A stretch of 64,000 bases of DNA from an uncultured Spirochaetota bacterium (GCA_963734545.1 CAVTHO010000005.1:288001-352000), one strand, 5' to 3'. Shown: positions 42,449-52,936, counted from the stretch's first letter. A program made the numbers and translations. The notes: generated from the sequence alone by a model not told the origin.

Positions 42449-42727
42449 CTACAGTACGTTCGGGATGACGATGAAGCGCTCTTCGCGTTCGGGAGCGTTC
42501 CCGAGGAGCGTATCCGAGTTCGAGGGATCGATGCCCACATCCTGACGGAGCCTGTTTTCCCTCAGCAGGGCGTGCGTGGTAGGCGCCAGGCCCGCCACAT
42601 CGATCTCCTTCATGTGTGAGAAGTACGCCAGCATCTGCTCCACGGCCACGCGCAGCCGCTCCCGCTCCTCCTCGGAAAGGTTCAGGCGGGCCATGCGGGC
42701 TGTCTCGGTGAGCTCACCAGCGTCCAT
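42449..42727 (-). CDS. gatC: Amidotransferase subunit C
   Basis: TARMARLNL, PTTH, LRQD, NAP...FIVIPNVL. Confidence 0.9.
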   Translation of the reverse strand: MDAGELTETARMARLNLSEEERERLRVAVEQMLAYFSHMKEIDVAGLAPTTHALLRENRLRQDVGIDPSNSDTLLGNAPEREERFIVIPNVL

Positions 42728-43019
42728 GTCGGTAGTTAACCCGGCCCCCCCTGCCGTGTCAAGGAGAGCGGCGGGCTCTGGTGACCAAAAGCAGGGCAGC
42801 GGAGGGAGCCGGACCATCTCCTGAGCCAATTTGCTTGACGAATGCCGCACGGAGTCCGTACATTTGAGTTTGGAGATTTGCGCTTCCGAACAGTGAAAAT
42901 GTCGAATCGAGACCTCCCGAGCCGCGCCGGAGATACTCTTTCACGTCCGAATTTGAAAATTGCGTTTGACGGCACGCGAGGGCATGTTACAATACGGTGC
43001 AAAATAGCGAGGAACGTGA

Positions 43020-44441
43020 GTGGTTAAGAAGGACTTTCCAAAAATACATTTTTACGATCAGGATCTTGTATCCCTCTACGATGAAACATGGAACCTCATC
43101 AAGGACTTTTGGAAAAAGGGAACATCGGCCAACGGATTCCACAGCAGGTTCTTCAGCCACCCTGACAGCACGCGCATCAATCAGTTCGACGCGTGTTTTT
43201 CCTCGTTTTTCCTCGTCTATTCGAACCGCATCTATCCCGTGATGTCCGCGCTCGACAATTTCTACTCCAAGCAGGAGGAATCAGGGGCAATCCGCGGCGA
43301 GTACCGCGCCTCGGACGGCAAACCCATTCATCCCCGGGAGAATCCCAAGGGTGTTCTCCCCCCGCTCTTTGCATGGGCGGAGTTCAACATCTACCACAAG
43401 CTCGGCGTCAAAAAGCGTATCCGTGAAGTCCTGCCGGTGCTGGAGAAGTACTTCCGGTGGATCGAGACGACCTTCAAGGCTGAAAACGGGCTCTACTCGG
43501 TGCCGCTTGCGGCAACCATGATGGAAAACTCGCCTCGTGAAGACATGCGGTACCCCATCGACTTCAATTCGCAGATGGCGCTCGCCGCGTTCTACATGTC
43601 GGAGCTGGCCGACATCATCAACGACAAGGAAACCAACTACGCCTACAAGAAGGCGTACTTCTCCCTGAAAACCAAGATCAATTCCCTCATGTGGGACGAA
43701 AGAGACGCGTTCTACTACGACCTGGACGCGTCGGAGAAGCGCCTCAAGGTGAAGACCATCGCCTCGTTCTGGCCCCTCATCGCTGAGATCCCCAACGAAG
43801 CCAGGGGGGAATGGTTGATCGAGCACCTGGTGGACCCGCATGAGTTCGGCATTGAGAACCCCTTCCCCACGCTGGCAGTCAAGGACAAGCGCTTCGATGC
43901 CCAGGGCTCCGGCTATCGAGGCTCGGTGTACCCCCCGTTCAATTACATGGTGATCAAGGGATTGGAAAAGTACAAGCGCCACGACCTCGCCCGCGAGTTC
44001 GCCATCCGGCATCTCTATCACGTGCTGGACGGGTTGTATACGAGCAACGGCAAGAAGGGCTCCCTGTACGAGGCGTATGCGCCTCACACGGAAGGCCCGG
44101 CAAAATGGCCGGGCAAGAAAGGCTTTCCGCGGACAATGTTCGTGCCGTATACGGCGCTCACCACCGTCTCGCTGATGCTGGAAAACATCATTGGCTTGAA
44201 CATCTCCCTGCCTCGAAAAACGGTCGATTGGACCATACCGACCCTTGAGGCCATGGGCATCGGGGACCTCGCCCTGAAGCGAAACCTTATCTCTATCCTC
44301 AGTGCAAAGAGCAGTCGGGGCTGGGAGGTCCACCTGGAAAGCGAAAAACTCTACTACCTGACCATCGACCTGTTCGGCGCACGGAGCAAGACCCTGCCCA
44401 TCCCCTCGGGAAAATGCTCCATCCTGGTGGACAAGCTGTAG
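43020..44441 (+). CDS. GH63/MGH1-like (alpha/alpha)6 glycoside hydrolase
   Basis: PPLFAWAE, MENSPR, MWDERDAFYYD, YRGSVYPPFNY. Confidence 0.8.
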   Translation: MVKKDFPKIHFYDQDLVSLYDETWNLIKDFWKKGTSANGFHSRFFSHPDSTRINQFDACFSSFFLVYSNRIYPVMSALDNFYSKQEESGAIRGEYRASDGKPIHPRENPKGVLPPLFAWAEFNIYHKLGVKKRIREVLPVLEKYFRWIETTFKAENGLYSVPLAATMMENSPREDMRYPIDFNSQMALAAFYMSELADIINDKETNYAYKKAYFSLKTKINSLMWDERDAFYYDLDASEKRLKVKTIASFWPLIAEIPNEARGEWLIEHLVDPHEFGIENPFPTLAVKDKRFDAQGSGYRGSVYPPFNYMVIKGLEKYKRHDLAREFAIRHLYHVLDGLYTSNGKKGSLYEAYAPHTEGPAKWPGKKGFPRTMFVPYTALTTVSLMLENIIGLNISLPRKTVDWTIPTLEAMGIGDLALKRNLISILSAKSSRGWEVHLESEKLYYLTIDLFGARSKTLPIPSGKCSILVDKL

Positions 44442-44545
44442 CCCTTCTGCGGTACTCCGCAGAGTTGGATGGCGAGGTCGGCCGAGGCCAGGGATGGCCG
44501 AAAGGCCGACTGTAGCCCTTCCGCGGTACCCCGCGGAGTTGGATG
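44438..44545 (+). repeat. GTAG-hairpin / GGA-loop element, locus 2
   Basis: Two 34-bp GTAGCCCTTCYGCGGTACYCCGCRGAGTTGGATG units flanking GTCGGCC-GA-GGCC-AGGGAT-GGCC-GAAA-GGCCGAC. Confidence 0.75.
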
Positions 44546-44623
44546 CGTGGCGCGCCAAAGGCGCGCGGAGGGCGGCAGGCGGCTGCGTAGCAGACGCCGA
44601 GAGCCGCGAAGGCGGCCGAGGTC

Positions 44624-45212
44624 CTAATACACGCTTCTACCCTTGAAGGAGCGGGCAAGCGTCTGCTTGTCGGCAAACTCCAGGTCCCCTCCCACAGGCA
44701 GACCGAACGCGATGCGCGACACTTTCACCTCCGCGTCCTTCAGAGCCTTGAGCAGATACAACGCCGTGGTCTCTCCCTCCACGGTCGGGTTTGTGGCGAG
44801 AATCACCTCGCGCACACCCCCCCTGTGGACCCGTTCCAGGAGAGAAGAGATGCGCAGGTTCTCCGGACCTATCCCGTCGATGGGAGAGATGGCACCCATG
44901 AGAACGTGGTACAGCCCCCGATGCTCATGGATGGATTCGATGGTCAGGACGTCCCGCGGCTCCTCCACGACGCAAATGCAGGAGGGATCGCGCTGGGGAT
45001 CGGTGCACATGCTGCACGGGTCAATATCCGTGTACGTTCCGCACACGCTGCAATTGCGGATTGTCCGGCGAAGCTGCGCAAGATCCTCTCGCCAGGGTGC
45101 GCGCGAGGGTCTCGTCGGCGCGCAGGAGAAAGTAGGCGATCCGGGATGCGCTCTTCTTGCCGAGACCCGGCAGCCGTGCGAGGTTGCCTATCAACCTCTC
45201 CAGTACATTCAT
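44624..45212 (-). CDS. recR: Recombination mediator RecR; frameshift near 45089
   Basis: LPGLGKKSA, C4 zinc finger, EVILATNPTVEGE. Confidence 0.93.
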
Positions 45213-45214
45213 GC

Positions 45215-45538
45215 CTAGAATCCGAGGAATCCAGGTGGAAGGCCGAGCATTCCCGTTGCCTGGGACACCTCGTCGCGTATCTTTTCCTTCAGCCGGTCCA
45301 TTGCATCGGTGACCGCTGCCAGCACAAGGTCCTGCAGCATCGGAATGTCGCGCGGGTCCACCGCCTCCGGCGCAATTGTGATCTTCTCCACCTGCATCTG
45401 GCCGTTCATGTCCACGGTCACCATGCCGCCGCCGGCGGAGCCGGTGACATGGACGCTCTTCAGCTTCTCCTGGATCTCGCCCACCCGGGACTGCAGCCCC
45501 TGGAGCTGTTTGAACATGTCAAACGGACTGGTCGCCAT
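45215..45538 (-). CDS. ebfC: YbaB/EbfC nucleoid-associated protein
   Basis: GSAGGGMVTV, LQDLVLAA; lies between dnaX and recR. Confidence 0.92.
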   Translation of the reverse strand: MATSPFDMFKQLQGLQSRVGEIQEKLKSVHVTGSAGGGMVTVDMNGQMQVEKITIAPEAVDPRDIPMLQDLVLAAVTDAMDRLKEKIRDEVSQATGMLGLPPGFLGF

Positions 45539-47069
45539 GGCCTTCACCTTTCACAACCTCGCCGCGGAACACCTTGCGGAGCAGCTCCACCCTCTGATCC
45601 ACCTCGACCGGTTCTGTCTTGATCTCATGGAAGGCAAGCCTGATCCGGGCCGGCCGGGAGAGAAGGGCTGCAAACCGGGCGGCGAGCATGTCCTTGTCTT
45701 TCAGAACTACTTCCCCCTGGAATCTTTCCTTGGCGGAGAAGCTCAGCACAAGCTCCTCCCCCTCGAGCGCGGCGTCACTCACCTTGTCGAGGGCCGACGC
45801 GAGGGCGGGTTTTTCCCTGCGCAGCGTCTCGACGATCTTTTTCAACGCCTGCCCGGGATCAACCGCGGTCTCCTCGCTGCCCGTCCGGGCCTGAACGCTC
45901 GGCGCCGCGGTCTTGCCCCCGGAAACCGCGAGGAGCTCTCCCCGCATTTCGCGCAGCGCGGCCCGTACCTCGTCAGGGCCGATCATCCGGTCAAGCTGCG
46001 CGAGCCGAGAGAGCAGCAGCTCGAGCTCGAAACGCTGGTTCAGGGAGAATCGTATGTTCCTGTACAGGGCAAGCAGGAGCTCGATGGTCTTCTCGATCTG
46101 CTCCGCGCTCAGGGACTCCCGCACTTCCCCATCGAAATCCTCCGCCGCGTAGCCCAGCAGGGTGTCCCTCGTGATCCCGCTTTTCAGGAACAGGAGATTG
46201 CGGAAGTATTCGGCCAGATTGGCGACGAACTGCTCGATGGAGACTCCGCTCGCCAGGATGGAGTCCATGCGCTCCAGCACCTTGCCCGCACCCCCCGTCC
46301 GCAGGAGCCGGGCAAACTCATTCAGCTCGTCGATGCCCAGGACCCCCAGCTTTTCACGGATCCGCTCGAAGGTGATCGCGCCCTCCGAGAAGGACACGAC
46401 CTGGTCCAGGAGCGTATAAGCGTCGCGCAGCGAGCCGGTGGCTTCCTTGGCAATCCATATCAGCGCGCGCTCCTCCGCATCAACGCCCAGCTCCTTCGAA
46501 GCCTCGCGCAGCTTCTCCTTGATTTCGCCCGTGGAGATCAGCCTGAAGTTGTACTGCTGGCAGCGGGAGCGGATCGTGGCCGGTACCTTGTGCACCTCGG
46601 TCGTGGCAAAGATGAACACGATGTACGGAGGCGGCTCCTCGATCGTCTTCAGCAGCGCGTTGAATGCGCTGTTGGAAAGCATGTGGACTTCATCGATGAT
46701 GTACACCTTGAAACGGCCCGCATTGGGGGCGAAGAGCACTTCGTCACGGATCTCCCGGACGTCGTTCACACTCGTATTGGAAGCGCCGTCTATCTCGATG
46801 ACGTCCAGCGAGGATCCGCGCGCGATTTCACGGCAGCTCGCGCAGACGCCGCAGGGAACGTCGGTCGGCCCCTTTTCGCAATTGAGCGCGCGGGCCAGGA
46901 TGCGGGCCACCGAGGTCTTGCCCACGCCGCGCGGGCCCGCGAACAGGTACGCGTGCGCGATGCGTCCCTGCCGGAGCGAGCTGGAGAGAGTTGCAGCGAC
47001 AAACTCCTGGCCGACCAGCTCCGCGAAGCTTTGAGGACGTTTTCTCGTGGCAGTTACTTCGTATGACAT
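45519..47069 (-). CDS. dnaX: DNA polymerase III gamma/tau
   Basis: RKRPQSF, GPRGVGKT, DEVHMLS, SRC. Confidence 0.95.
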   Translation of the reverse strand: MSYEVTATRKRPQSFAELVGQEFVAATLSSSLRQGRIAHAYLFAGPRGVGKTSVARILARALNCEKGPTDVPCGVCASCREIARGSSLDVIEIDGASNTSVNDVREIRDEVLFAPNAGRFKVYIIDEVHMLSNSAFNALLKTIEEPPPYIVFIFATTEVHKVPATIRSRCQQYNFRLISTGEIKEKLREASKELGVDAEERALIWIAKEATGSLRDAYTLLDQVVSFSEGAITFERIREKLGVLGIDELNEFARLLRTGGAGKVLERMDSILASGVSIEQFVANLAEYFRNLLFLKSGITRDTLLGYAAEDFDGEVRESLSAEQIEKTIELLLALYRNIRFSLNQRFELELLLSRLAQLDRMIGPDEVRAALREMRGELLAVSGGKTAAPSVQARTGSEETAVDPGQALKKIVETLRREKPALASALDKVSDAALEGEELVLSFSAKERFQGEVVLKDKDMLAARFAALLSRPARIRLAFHEIKTEPVEVDQRVELLRKVFRGEVVKGEGHGDQSV

Positions 47070-47141
47070 ACGCGGCAGCCTCCGGGCCGCAGGGAGGACG
47101 GGGACCGGGGCCGGCGCGACGCCGCCCGGTTCCCGAATAAG

Positions 47142-47272
47142 CAACCCCCTCGGCTCCGTTCAAGCCGATTACGGCTCATGAACACGCTGCTTACCGCTGC
47201 TCCCTTCCGGGTCTGACGGGGTTGGGCAGCAGCTCATAGCGTATGACCTGAACATCAACGCCAAAGGGGTTG
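47142..47272 (-). ncRNA. ffs: Signal recognition particle RNA (4.5S-type)
   Basis: CAGACCCGGAAGGGAGCAGC domain IV; CAACCCC/GGGGTTG terminal stem; upstream of dnaX. Confidence 0.88.
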
Positions 47273-47274
47273 TA

Positions 47275-47361
47275 CGGAGAGAGTGGGATTCGAACCCACG
47301 GTACCCTTACGAGTACACACGCCTTCCAAGCGTGCACCTTCGGCCACTCGGTCATCTCTCC
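47275..47361 (-). tRNA. tRNA-Ser(GGA)
   Basis: CACGC-TT-GGA-AG-GCGTG arm, long variable arm, GTTCGAATC; CCA not encoded. Confidence 0.95.
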
Positions 47362-47415
47362 CTGCGCACCCGCCATCAACCCCGGCCCACTGCAGAATCA
47401 GTATGAAAGAACTCG

Positions 47416-47502
47416 CGGAGAGAGTGGGATTCGAACCCACGGAGCCGCAAGCGGCTCAACGGTTTTCGAGACCGCCCGATTCGACCGCTCTCGCATCTCT
47501 CC
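47416..47502 (-). tRNA. tRNA-Ser(CGA)
   Basis: GCGGT-CT-CGA-AA-ACCGT arm, long variable arm. Confidence 0.95.
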
Positions 47503-47592
47503 CAGAAGTCGACCAGGAAAATGCCGCCGCCCCGGGTCGCCGGAAGCGACCAAGGAGCAACAAGGAGCGGCCGCACATCACCGGGTCTTTTT

Positions 47593-47666
47593 CGTGCCCA
47601 AGAGGATTCGAACCTCCGGCCTTTGGATCCGCAATCCAATGCTCTATCCAGCTGAGCTATGGGCAC
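47593..47666 (-). tRNA. tRNA-Arg(GCG)
   Basis: TTGGA-TT-GCG-GA-TCCAA arm, short variable loop. Confidence 0.93.
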
Positions 47667-47731
47667 ACGAGCCGTCGCGCTTTCTCGCGATTTCCCCTGC
47701 CGCTTCCCGCAGCACCCTTGTCTGCGGGCTC

Positions 47732-47959
<228 letters not shown>

Positions 47960-48054
47960 ATTTCCAGCATCCGCTTCACGCACTTTCTCGCCTTGAAAGT
48001 ATCTTCCTCACCTTTCCGCTTGCGAGTGTGACCATGGGGCGCGGGAAACGTGAC

Positions 48055-48142
48055 CGGAGAGGGAGGGATTCGAACCCCCGGAACCGCGAAGCGGCTCAAC
48101 GGTTTTCAAGACCGCCTCCTTCGACCACTCGGACACCTCTCC
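48055..48142 (-). tRNA. tRNA-Ser(TGA)
   Basis: GCGGT-CT-TGA-AA-ACCGT arm, long variable arm. Confidence 0.95.
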
Positions 48143-48223
48143 CGAGCATAAGGAAATGCGCCGGCCGAAATCGTGCAGGCTCGCACGCGACCGCGCAGAA
48201 CTCACGCTCTTCCGGCATTCTTC

Positions 48224-48252
48224 ACTATACTGACTGGCCTGTGCTTTGTCAA
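48224..48252 (-). promoter_or_regulatory. Sigma70 promoter of the tRNA-ffs cluster
   Basis: TTGACA-N17-TATAGT. Confidence 0.75.
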
Positions 48253-48285
48253 CAAAACGGGGCCGTTGGCCGCGGCGCCGGGCGG

Positions 48286-49149
48286 TCAGGCGAGCGTTTC
48301 CAGCAGCCTTTCCAGATCTTCCGCAGAGAAATAGGATATCTCGATCCGGCCTTTTGCCGTGGTACCGCGGACTTCCACCTTGGTGCCGAGCTTCTCGATG
48401 AGCTTCTGTTCGATTTCGTGCAGCTCCGGTACCTTGCGCGCGGCCGCGGACGTTCCCGCGCGTCCGGTTTTCACCGCTCCTCTCTTGCCTTTGTTCAGTG
48501 AGGCAGCCATGTCCTCCGCCTCCCGCACGGAGATCCCCGACTCCACGACGCGCCGCAGGAGGATCTGCTGGTCAGAGGGATTCACCAGCATCAGGAGGGC
48601 CCGTGCATGACCGGCGGTGATGCTCCCGCGCGTGAGGGCATCCTGCGCTTCGGCGGGCAGCTTGAGGAGGCGCAGCGTGTTCGTGACCGTCGATCGATCC
48701 TTGCCGACCTTCTGCGCAATCTGTTCCTGACTCAGATTGGCCATTTCCATCAGCCGCCGAAAGGCAAGAGCCTGCTCGATCGGAGTCAGGTCTTCCCGCT
48801 GCACGTTCTCGATGAGCGCGATCTCGAGCTTTTCCTGTGCGCTGAACTGCCGCACGATCACGGGGATTTTTTCCAGCCCGGCGAGCTTCGCGGCCCGCAC
48901 GCGCCTTTCCCCGGCGATGATGAGGTACCCGCCTTCCTCGTCCGCCTCGGCAAGGATGGGCTGCAGCACGCCCTTTTCCAGGATCGAGTCGGCGAGCTCG
49001 CGCAGCGATGCGTCGTCGAACTCCTGACGCGGCTGCTGGGGATTGGGCTTGAGCAGGGAAAGATGCACCTCGGCCACCGAGGAAAGATCCGTCTTCCCTT
49101 CATCGCCCAACAAGGCATCGATGCCCTTGCCCAGGGCTTTCTTAGACAT
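48286..49149 (-). CDS. parB: Chromosome partitioning protein ParB
   Basis: KALGKG, PNPQQPR, GERRVRA, ENVQREDL, HTH with RSTVTN, GHARAL. Confidence 0.95.
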   Translation of the reverse strand: MSKKALGKGIDALLGDEGKTDLSSVAEVHLSLLKPNPQQPRQEFDDASLRELADSILEKGVLQPILAEADEEGGYLIIAGERRVRAAKLAGLEKIPVIVRQFSAQEKLEIALIENVQREDLTPIEQALAFRRLMEMANLSQEQIAQKVGKDRSTVTNTLRLLKLPAEAQDALTRGSITAGHARALLMLVNPSDQQILLRRVVESGISVREAEDMAASLNKGKRGAVKTGRAGTSAAARKVPELHEIEQKLIEKLGTKVEVRGTTAKGRIEISYFSAEDLERLLETLA

Positions 49150-49897
49150 TGAGAAGGACCTCCTCCGCCAGCTTCTGGTAGCTGCGGGCACCGATGCATT
49201 CGGGATCATACTGATTGATCGGTTTGGCGAAAGACGGGGCTTCGCTGAGACGCACATTGCGGGGGATGATCGTGCGGAACACTTTTTCCTTGAAGTAGCC
49301 GGTGACTTCCTGGACGATATCGTGCGCAAGACGTGTCCGCACATCGTACATCGTGAAAAGGATGCCGCCTATCTTCAACTCAGTATTCAGTGCCTTCTGC
49401 ACGCGGTTCACGGTCTTGAGGAGAAGGCTGAGACCCTCGAGGGCGAAGTACTCGCACTGCAGGGGAATGATGACGAAATCCGCCGCGACAAGGCCGTTGA
49501 GGGTGAGCAGACCGAGAGAAGGCGGGCAATCGATGAAGATATAGTCGAACCTCTCCGTCAGGGGGGCAAGGGAGCGCTTGAGGAAATACTCCCTGTCCTT
49601 TTCGTTTACCAGCTCCACCGTGGCGCCCGTGAGATCTATGCTCGAGGGGATGATCGAGAGATTGGCAACCGAGCATTGCTGGATGGCGGCATCCGAGGGG
49701 ATCCTGCCCATGATGACCTCGTAGATTCCCTGCTGGTCCTTCTTCGCGCCCACCGCGCTGGTGGTATTGCTCTGAGGATCGAAATCCACCAGGAGCACCC
49801 GTTTGCCTGCTTCAGCGAGATAGGCTCCGAGGTTGACCGCCGTCGTCGTCTTGCCGACCCCTCCCTTCTGATTCGCGAATACGATGATCTTCCCCAT
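49142..49897 (-). CDS. parA: Chromosome partitioning ATPase ParA/Soj
   Basis: NQKGGVGKTT, DCPPSLG, PRNVRLSEAPS. Confidence 0.95.
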   Translation of the reverse strand: MGKIIVFANQKGGVGKTTTAVNLGAYLAEAGKRVLLVDFDPQSNTTSAVGAKKDQQGIYEVIMGRIPSDAAIQQCSVANLSIIPSSIDLTGATVELVNEKDREYFLKRSLAPLTERFDYIFIDCPPSLGLLTLNGLVAADFVIIPLQCEYFALEGLSLLLKTVNRVQKALNTELKIGGILFTMYDVRTRLAHDIVQEVTGYFKEKVFRTIIPRNVRLSEAPSFAKPINQYDPECIGARSYQKLAEEVLLNV

Positions 49898-50084
49898 CCA
49901 AAGAGGAATACCGTATTTCCCCCCTGCTGACAATAGAAGGTGACCGACGTATACGAAACATTTGTGATGCCTTTTCATGCTGTCCGTCGAAATAATCCGG
50001 AAAGTGCTTGCGCGCACGGCGGACATACAGTATACCAATTGCCGTTCGACATCAGGGCAAAGGCATCCTTGGGAGGGGAATCTC

Positions 50085-52208
50085 GTGTTCGTATCCATCA
50101 AAAAGCGTAATGGTACTGTTGTCCTTTTCAACCCGGACAAGATCACACGGGCAATCACGAGGGCAGGCGAGGCAACAGCTGAATTCGATGAGGCCGTCGC
50201 CCAGAAGCTCATGCTCAGGGTTCTCAACCTCGCGCAACAGGCCCTTCCGGGAGAGGTTCCGTCAGTCGAGCAGATCCAGGACATCGTGGAAGAGGTCCTC
50301 ATCTCCTCCCAGTACAAGCGCACGGCCAAGGCCTACATCATCTATCGGGACCAGCATGCCCGGATCAGGGAGATCGTTTCCCGGGCGGACGTGGACCTCA
50401 TCGACAGGTATCTCGAGCGGTCCGACTGGCAGGTCAACGAAAACTCCAACATGGCCTACTCGCTCCAGGGTCTGAACAACTACGTGTCATCCGAGATCAG
50501 CAAGGTCTACTGGCTGAACAAGATCTACCCGCCCGAGATCCGTCTCGCTCACTCGGAAGGGGACTTCCATATTCACGATCTGGGGATCCTCTCCGTGTAC
50601 TGCGTGGGCTGGGATCTCGAAGATCTGCTCATGCAGGGATTCAAAGGGGCTGCGGGCAAGGTGGAGAGCAAGCCTGCCCGGCACCTGCGAAGCGCGCTCG
50701 GCCAGGTTGTGAACTTTTTCTATACCCTTCAGGGCGAGGCGGCCGGAGCCCAGGCATTCTCCCATTTCGACACGCTGCTCGCCCCTTTCGTCCGCTTCGA
50801 CGGCCTGGATTTCGACGAGGTGAAGCAGGCGCTTCAGGAGTTCGTCTTCAACATCAACGTCCCGACCCGCGTGGGGTTCCAGACGCCGTTCACCAACATC
50901 ACCATGGACCTCAGGGTGCCCGCCATGTTCCGCGACAGGCCGGTGATCGCCGGCGGGGAATACAGGGACGAAACCTACGGCGAGTTCCAGGCGGAGATGG
51001 CGGTCTTCAACCACGCCTTTCTCGAGGTGCTGGCGGAGGGTGATGCAAAGGGGCGGGTATTCACCTTCCCGATCCCCACGTACAACATCACGAAAGACTT
51101 CGATTGGGACGATCCCACCCTCGACGTGCTCTGGCGCGTCACCTCCCGCTACGGAATCCCCTATTTTTCGAATTTCGTGAACTCCGACATGTCCCCAGAG
51201 GACACCCGCTCGATGTGCTGCAGGCTGCGGCTGGACCTGCGCGGCCTGGAGGGTCACAGGGGACTGGAAAAGCGGGGAGGCGGTCTGTTCGGAGCCAACC
51301 CCCTCACTGGATCAATCGGCGTGGTGACGATCAACATGCCGCGGCTCGGCTATGTTTCGGCCGACGAAGGCGAGTTTCTCCAGAGGCTGGAAGAGTTGAT
51401 GGACCTGGCCCGGTCCGCGCTTGAGATCAAACGAAAGATGCTGGAGATGTTCATCGAGAAGAACCTCTATCCTTATACCAAGCACTATCTGCGAGGGGTG
51501 CGCGAGCGCTTCGGTCAGTATTGGAAAAACCACTTCTCGACGATCGGGCTTGTCGGCTTGAACGAGGCATGTGTGAACCTTCTGGGAACGAATGTCGGAA
51601 CCGAGACAGGGCAGCTCTTCGCGCTGCGCGTTCTGGATTTCATGCGCGAGAAGCTGATCGCATTCCAGGAGCAGACAGGAAACAACTACAACCTCGAGGC
51701 CACTCCTGCCGAGGGAACGGCGTATCGTCTTGCGAGGATCGACGCGGAAAAGTTCCCGGGTATCCAGTCCGGCAGCGCCCCGTGGGAACCGGGAACGGAG
51801 GGAGAGCCCGCGCGATTTCCTTTCTACACCAACTCATCTCAGCTCCCCGTGCAGTATTCAGACGACATTTTCGAGGTGCTCGACCTCCAGGACGAGCTGC
51901 AGACCAAGTACACCGGTGGTACCGTGGTGCACTTGTTCGTGGGAGAGGAGATCACGAATCCTCAGAACGTGAAGAAGCTCGTCAAGCTGATCTGCGAACG
52001 CTACCATCTTCCCTATTTCACCGTGACACCCACTTTCAGCATCTGCTCCACCCACGGGTACCTCTCGGGGAAACAGGAAACGTGCCCCCACTGCGGCGCC
52101 GCATCGGAGGTCTACTCGCGCGTGGTCGGCTACCTGCGCCCGGTGAATCAATGGAACGAGGGCAAAGTGGAAGAGTTCAAGGAACGGAAGACCTTCAAGC
52201 TGGCCTGA
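50085..52208 (+). CDS. nrdD: Anaerobic (class III) ribonucleoside-triphosphate reductase with ATP cone
   Basis: IKKRNG cone, SMCCRL, EATPAE, two CxxH/CxxC zinc pairs, glycyl-radical RVVGYL. Confidence 0.93.
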   Translation: MFVSIKKRNGTVVLFNPDKITRAITRAGEATAEFDEAVAQKLMLRVLNLAQQALPGEVPSVEQIQDIVEEVLISSQYKRTAKAYIIYRDQHARIREIVSRADVDLIDRYLERSDWQVNENSNMAYSLQGLNNYVSSEISKVYWLNKIYPPEIRLAHSEGDFHIHDLGILSVYCVGWDLEDLLMQGFKGAAGKVESKPARHLRSALGQVVNFFYTLQGEAAGAQAFSHFDTLLAPFVRFDGLDFDEVKQALQEFVFNINVPTRVGFQTPFTNITMDLRVPAMFRDRPVIAGGEYRDETYGEFQAEMAVFNHAFLEVLAEGDAKGRVFTFPIPTYNITKDFDWDDPTLDVLWRVTSRYGIPYFSNFVNSDMSPEDTRSMCCRLRLDLRGLEGHRGLEKRGGGLFGANPLTGSIGVVTINMPRLGYVSADEGEFLQRLEELMDLARSALEIKRKMLEMFIEKNLYPYTKHYLRGVRERFGQYWKNHFSTIGLVGLNEACVNLLGTNVGTETGQLFALRVLDFMREKLIAFQEQTGNNYNLEATPAEGTAYRLARIDAEKFPGIQSGSAPWEPGTEGEPARFPFYTNSSQLPVQYSDDIFEVLDLQDELQTKYTGGTVVHLFVGEEITNPQNVKKLVKLICERYHLPYFTVTPTFSICSTHGYLSGKQETCPHCGAASEVYSRVVGYLRPVNQWNEGKVEEFKERKTFKLA

Positions 52209-52230
52209 GCCTGCTCGCAGAGGCATTCAC

Positions 52231-52926
52231 GTGGTGATCGGCGGATTTCAGAAATTCTCCCTGGCTGATTTCCCGGGAAAGATCTCCGCAATCGTCTTCA
52301 CCCGGGGCTGCAATTTCAGGTGCCCGTATTGTCACAATCCCGAGCTCGTGGATCCAGCGCGCTACGCCGCAGAAATACCGCAGGAAGAAGTCCTGCGCTT
52401 TCTCGGCTCACGCACCCGCCAGCTTCAGGGGGTAGTTCTTACGGGTGGAGAGCCTACTCTGCACGATGACCTTCCGTCGTTCCTCGAGAAGATTCGACGG
52501 CTCGGATTCGCCGTCAAGCTCGACACCAACGGCAGCAATCCGGAGCTGCTGCAGCGAATCGTCCGGGATTCTCTTGTCGACTATGTGGCCATGGACATCA
52601 AGGCGCCCCTTGATGCCTATCCGCGTGTCGCGGGGGTCGCGGTAAACCTGGAAAACATTGAACGGAGCGTGCGCCTGGTGATCGGGTCAGGGCTCCCTCA
52701 CGAGTTCCGCACGACTTACGAGAGATCCCTGCTCTCGACCGAGGACATGGGGGCCATCGCCGAGCTGGTGCAGGGGTGCGCCCACTATGTCGTGCAGGGC
52801 TTCCGCCCGTCCAGGACTCTCGACCCGGCCATGCGCGCCCGTGCCAGGCCCGACCGCGCAAGCCTCCAGGAGATCCGCAAGCTCATGGAGACGAGCCGGG
52901 CTCTCTGTGCTCGTCAGGTAGGATGA
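52231..52926 (+). CDS. nrdG: Anaerobic RNR activating enzyme (radical SAM)
   Basis: CNFRCPYC, TGGEPT, KLDTNG. Confidence 0.92.
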   Translation: MVIGGFQKFSLADFPGKISAIVFTRGCNFRCPYCHNPELVDPARYAAEIPQEEVLRFLGSRTRQLQGVVLTGGEPTLHDDLPSFLEKIRRLGFAVKLDTNGSNPELLQRIVRDSLVDYVAMDIKAPLDAYPRVAGVAVNLENIERSVRLVIGSGLPHEFRTTYERSLLSTEDMGAIAELVQGCAHYVVQGFRPSRTLDPAMRARARPDRASLQEIRKLMETSRALCARQVG

Positions 52927-52936
52927 CGCAGCCCCT

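Noticed and set aside
48055-48142. Selenocysteine tRNA
   Set aside because: The anticodon is TGA (Ser), not TCA, and the acceptor stem is a normal 7 bp.
49950-49968. NrdR box upstream of nrdD
   Set aside because: ACGAAACATTTGTG is only a weak match and I see no second box.
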